From an uncultured Methanospirillum sp. (GTDB lineage Archaea; Halobacteriota; Methanomicrobia; Methanomicrobiales; Methanospirillaceae): DNA of 64,000 nucleotides. The stretch spans positions 1 through 64,000 of the forward strand of contig CAZWTX010000008.1 in assembly GCA_964637135.1 (NCBI GenBank), written 5' to 3'. Of the stretch, positions 60,347 to 64,000 are shown one piece after another. Under the pieces are notes generated by a model. The model was given only the letters and a program-made list of their open reading frames with translations. It was not told the origin of the DNA and searched no databases. Positions within the stretch are counted from its first letter, which is position 1. Every line of letters starts with the position of its first letter. The position numbers were made by a program, and so were the translations under genes.

Positions 60347-60921
60347 TCTGGTATCACCCGGAGCCCGGTTACCTCCGCAAGGAGATGAGATTTTTTCTCA
60401 AGTGCTGCCTGTTCTGCATCATGTATGCCGGTAGTATGGCAGGTTATCACGATTTCTCCGGGTTTAAATGAAAGCGAGATATCCTGTACGATTGCCCGGT
60501 GAGAACGGTCACAGGCATCTGCTACCCTGAGCAGGGCTGAAAGAGCCCTCACCCGGTGCTGGTCTCCCGGTCCCAGTGCCGTAAATCCCGGATGGGTGAG
60601 GGAAGGAGATGCTTTCCGATGGTATCGCGCGATCTCTGCGATGATCTCCCGGTCTCCACAGGGAAACGGAATACTCCGGTCCCTGAGGATTATCATCCGC
60701 GAGGCCTTGTGATGAGGCATACCGGGGACGCTCCAGCCGGTATCATGAAGCAGTGCTGCATTTTGAAGGATTTGCCGGTCACTCTCAGCAAGTGCGAGGA
60801 GTGGTGAGAGGAGATCGAAAAGAATCATGGAAAGACGACAGACCTGCCAGGAATGATCCGGATCAGGATCGAGACGTCGGCTAAGTGCCATGACTGCCGC
60901 CTGGACCGGTTCATCCATCAC
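60337..60921 (-). CDS. Stand-alone HD-domain protein (Ppx C-terminal-like)
   Basis: 'HSWQV', LLHDTG, HHKAS, ARYHRK, LRVADACDRSH. Confidence 0.88.
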   Translation of the reverse strand: MMDEPVQAAVMALSRRLDPDPDHSWQVCRLSMILFDLLSPLLALAESDRQILQNAALLHDTGWSVPGMPHHKASRMIILRDRSIPFPCGDREIIAEIARYHRKASPSLTHPGFTALGPGDQHRVRALSALLRVADACDRSHRAIVQDISLSFKPGEIVITCHTTGIHDAEQAALEKKSHLLAEVTGLRVIPEWT

Positions 60922-62888
60922 GCCTTTCCCTCTCTTCCGGAGACGGCATCGAGGGGCCTTCCTTCTGAAATTGTCCGGATAAATGCTTCTGGAAGGTGTT
61001 TTTTCTTCATCCCGTTGACAGCCCTTTCCAGGTCATACGGGACGCGAATGTGAACAATGGTCAGGGGGTCGAGGGTAAGCAGGGCGTAACAGGCCCTGAA
61101 ATCACCATCTTCAGGTCTTCCGACACTTCCGCAGTTTATGAACCAGGTTCCCCCTGCCTCACGCACGGCCGGGGCGTGGGAGTGTCCGGTAATAATGAAA
61201 TCTGTATTCACGGTCTGTGCAATCTTTTCAAGCCGGGAGACGGGGGTTTCCCCGGTGAGATACTCAGTGATCGATTCCGGGCTTCCATGGGTAATGAGTA
61301 GTCTCTTTCCTTTTACTGTAAGCCGAATCCGGTCAGGCAGTCCTGAAAGCCACTCGCGGTTTCCCGGGGTCATGTTGTGATATGCCCACCGCATAGCCAG
61401 ATGTTTCTTTTTATTCCTGAATTTTTTCGTCTTCCACCGTTTTTTCAGGACTGCCAGGTCATAATTGCCGATGACACTCATCACCGGAGAGGATCGTATC
61501 AAGTCTATCGTTTCATCGGGAAAAGCTCCGTATCCGATGATATCCCCGGCGTTCAGAACGGCCACCGCACCACGTGTCTTCGCATCTGCAAGCACGGCTT
61601 CGAGGGCAGGAAGATTTGCATGGATATCGCTGATCAGGGCAATGATGTTGGCTTCATCACCAGGTGAACCGGCCGGTCCCCGAAACCCGGTCCTGACCGG
61701 CGCTGAGATCTTTTCGTTGAGGTTCTCCCAGAATTTCTCTGCTTTCACCTCACCCCATGTCCTGACAAGTTCTGCAAACAACCGGGACCGCTCGGCATCG
61801 CGGTTATTGACCAGATCCATGACACCCGGCCTGATGAGGTCCATAAGATGCGGATTTCCGAAGTATGCACACGCCCTTTCCTCCTCTTCCTTCAGGAAAC
61901 CAGGAAGCATACCGGTCCAGACATCACAATCATGGATCTCCCCGAGGAGATCCTGGAGTTTTTTCATCGTCCTGATCTCTCTCTTCAGTTCATCCCCGAA
62001 CAACCCGGAGAAGATCTCAAGGGTATACCTGAGCCGTTTTGCGGCGATCCGCATCGCATGATGGTCATGTATCCGGCTCTCATCGGCAAGTGAGGATTCG
62101 TGCCAGAGGAACTCCTCAGTCCGTATCATAATCTGGATGAATGCCTGTTGATACAGGTATATCCCGGTTCTTTCTCCTGATTCAAGAATTCCTCTCACTC
62201 GTATCCCGTGGAGACAGGTCGTCATATCCCCGATGATCCCGCTTTCAAGGGTTCTTCCGGTAATCTCGACGAGATCAGGCTGGATATCCCGGCGTTCCTG
62301 CACAAGCCTGAGAAGGAGACATTCAAGTCCCGGACGGGCCGGATCCGGGGGAAGTGCCAGAACGGTATCCGGTTCATGACCAGCATCCACTGCAGGCTCC
62401 GGCTTTTTGCGCCGGGGTATGAAGCGTCGGATCCGGGAGAGGATAGCCTGACGCAGACGGGTCTCTTCTTCATGGTGACTGATGATAACAGCTGTATCAT
62501 TGCCCGTGCCTGTCGGTGTCTCACCTGCAGATGAAAACAGGCCTGGCAGAGCCGGGGATGTGCCCCGACGCCTGAGAAGGTACTCTCTGATAAACGCGAT
62601 CTGAACGTCAAGATCGCGTGCCCGTCCAAGTGAACGGGTTATCTCCTTTATCTCCCTGTTCCATCGTTTCCGTTGTTTGTCCGGAAGGCATGGTGCAAAG
62701 ATGGGTATGGCTGCCCTGAGCCGTCTTGTCGCAACCCTGCTCCGGTGCACGTATTCGATATCATCCCCGGATTGCACTCCTTCAAGTTCATGGTTGAGAT
62801 CATGGAGAAGCGGGATCATTACCCCGGCACCGTATGAGCAAAAACCGGTGTCCAGGCAGATGTTTTCCAATTCAGGGTGATCATTCAT
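60918..62888 (-). CDS. CHAD-domain / metallophosphoesterase fusion protein
   Basis: 'VHRSRVATRRLRA', RDLDV, 'HHAMRIAAKRLRYTLE', QDLLGEIHD; C-terminal SDIHAN, GDIIGYG, GNYD, HGSP, GHSH, GSVG. Start may lie up to 62969. Confidence 0.9.
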   Translation of the reverse strand: MNDHPELENICLDTGFCSYGAGVMIPLLHDLNHELEGVQSGDDIEYVHRSRVATRRLRAAIPIFAPCLPDKQRKRWNREIKEITRSLGRARDLDVQIAFIREYLLRRRGTSPALPGLFSSAGETPTGTGNDTAVIISHHEEETRLRQAILSRIRRFIPRRKKPEPAVDAGHEPDTVLALPPDPARPGLECLLLRLVQERRDIQPDLVEITGRTLESGIIGDMTTCLHGIRVRGILESGERTGIYLYQQAFIQIMIRTEEFLWHESSLADESRIHDHHAMRIAAKRLRYTLEIFSGLFGDELKREIRTMKKLQDLLGEIHDCDVWTGMLPGFLKEEEERACAYFGNPHLMDLIRPGVMDLVNNRDAERSRLFAELVRTWGEVKAEKFWENLNEKISAPVRTGFRGPAGSPGDEANIIALISDIHANLPALEAVLADAKTRGAVAVLNAGDIIGYGAFPDETIDLIRSSPVMSVIGNYDLAVLKKRWKTKKFRNKKKHLAMRWAYHNMTPGNREWLSGLPDRIRLTVKGKRLLITHGSPESITEYLTGETPVSRLEKIAQTVNTDFIITGHSHAPAVREAGGTWFINCGSVGRPEDGDFRACYALLTLDPLTIVHIRVPYDLERAVNGMKKKHLPEAFIRTISEGRPLDAVSGREGKA

Positions 62889-62984
62889 GTTCTGATCCTG
62901 CATACAGGTGTTGCTGTCAGTTTCCGTGCCCTTGTTAATATGTATTTCTCTTAAGTTCTCAATATTCACGCCACCAAATATATT

Positions 62985-63398
62985 TCAGCCCGGTTCTCCC
63001 GTGACACTGTCGATCTCCGGAACATAGGGCTTGATATCCAGCACTGGTGATCCATCCAGCGCCTCGATTCCTGAAACGGTAATGGTGTTCCCTTCCACGC
63101 TCTCGATCTTTCCGATGGAGAGGGCGATCGGGTTGGGACGGGCAGGAGACCTTGTGGTAAATACCGGGCGTGCCTCATTCCAATCCGTTCTTCTGGCAAA
63201 GAGGGTTTTCCGATCTGCCCGGTCCATCCAGTACAGGATCCAGATATAAGAAATCCCTTCCATTGTTCCGATACCCGGGGCATATGCTTGATCGATCTCA
63301 ACAACCGAGAGCGTATCAGAGCCTCTTCCCTGCCGTGGGGCATCTTTCGGCTCCTTGAAAGGAGCATGGATGGTTCCGATCCGGACAAGGGTAATCAT
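62985..63398 (-). CDS. tsaA: tRNA m6t6A methyltransferase TrmO/TsaA family
   Basis: 'APRQG', 'FTTRSPARPNPIALS', 'LDGSPVLDIKPY'. Confidence 0.92.
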   Translation of the reverse strand: MITLVRIGTIHAPFKEPKDAPRQGRGSDTLSVVEIDQAYAPGIGTMEGISYIWILYWMDRADRKTLFARRTDWNEARPVFTTRSPARPNPIALSIGKIESVEGNTITVSGIEALDGSPVLDIKPYVPEIDSVTGEPG

Positions 63399-63696
63399 GT
63401 TCTGATATTGTTATCCGGAAAGATATCAGTATGGCCCGGGTGTCGGATCAGATCAACGCTGGTACGAATCATTATATGCGAATCTTCCCTCATCACAAAT
63501 ACAAATCCTGCTCAGTCATGTGCCGGGAAGTGAACCTGATACGAGTTTTTTCCCGTCATTCCGGTCTGAAACCGGGTCACAATGCGTTCTCTGCACGGCG
63601 GCTCCCCGCCGGCGTGAAGCGGTTCATGGCCATCTGCAGAACGGAGAAGACGGATTCTCACGAGAAGGGTGTATCAAGAAACAAGGTGTTGTAATC

Positions 63697-64000
63697 ATGG
63701 TAATATCAGCCGGAAATGCCATTAGCACTGATGCAGAAAAGGCAGGCAACGAGATCCAGGTTGTTGAGTTCAGCCTGGGAAAGGAGACATTTGCAGTCAA
63801 CCTCTTTGATGTTCGGGAGATCGTTGAAGCTTCACGGATAACGCCTGTTCCCCATGCTGCATCACATATCAAGGGGATCATCGACCTGCGGGGGGAGATT
63901 ACCACTATCGTTGATCTCAAAAAAATACTTCAGATCTCAGAAAAAGAGGTAACAGATGAGGATTCTTCCCGGTTTATTGTTCTTGACGAGAGTGTGACCC
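63697..64000 (+). CDS. cheW: Chemotaxis coupling protein CheW (3'-truncated by window edge)
   Basis: Manual translation: MVISAGNAISTDAEKAGNEIQVVEFSLGKETFAVNLFDVREIVEASRITPVPHAASHIKGIIDLRGEITTIVDLKK...; absent from the ORF track because no stop falls in the window. Confidence 0.93.
   Translation, partial: MVISAGNAISTDAEKAGNEIQVVEFSLGKETFAVNLFDVREIVEASRITPVPHAASHIKGIIDLRGEITTIVDLKKILQISEKEVTDEDSSRFIVLDESVT

Overview
A gene-dense archaeal chromosomal window, most consistent with a Methanomicrobiales methanogen (Methanospirillum/Methanoregula-like). This is inferred from archaeal HMG-CoA reductase, Trm5, aIF-1A, UPF0305, iron-sulfur flavoprotein, PEGA/COG1361 surface proteins and PAS-rich sensors. 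It holds about 60 CDSs: a Yip1/COG1361/MacB-type ABC module, an AT-rich islet encoding a Cys-rich lipoprotein, several secreted hydrolases (M13, C39, alpha/beta), a DtxR-linked Zn/Mn ABC importer, a His-rich MarR plus P1B ATPase with a near-perfect operator palindrome, chemotaxis and two-component genes, a 2-oxoacid:ferredoxin oxidoreductase and a polyphosphate (Ppx/HD/CHAD) cluster. I found no rRNA, tRNA, CRISPR array or transposase. Three things the ORF track misses or truncates: the oxidoreductase alpha subunit apparently starts at a CTG codon (56986), there is an unannotated arsC pseudogene (57080-57488), and a cheW runs off the right edge. The most intriguing candidate system is a YknWXYZ-like peptide-defence module next to the AT-rich Cys-rich lipoprotein islet; this is a hypothesis only. 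All family calls come from motif recognition, not database searches.
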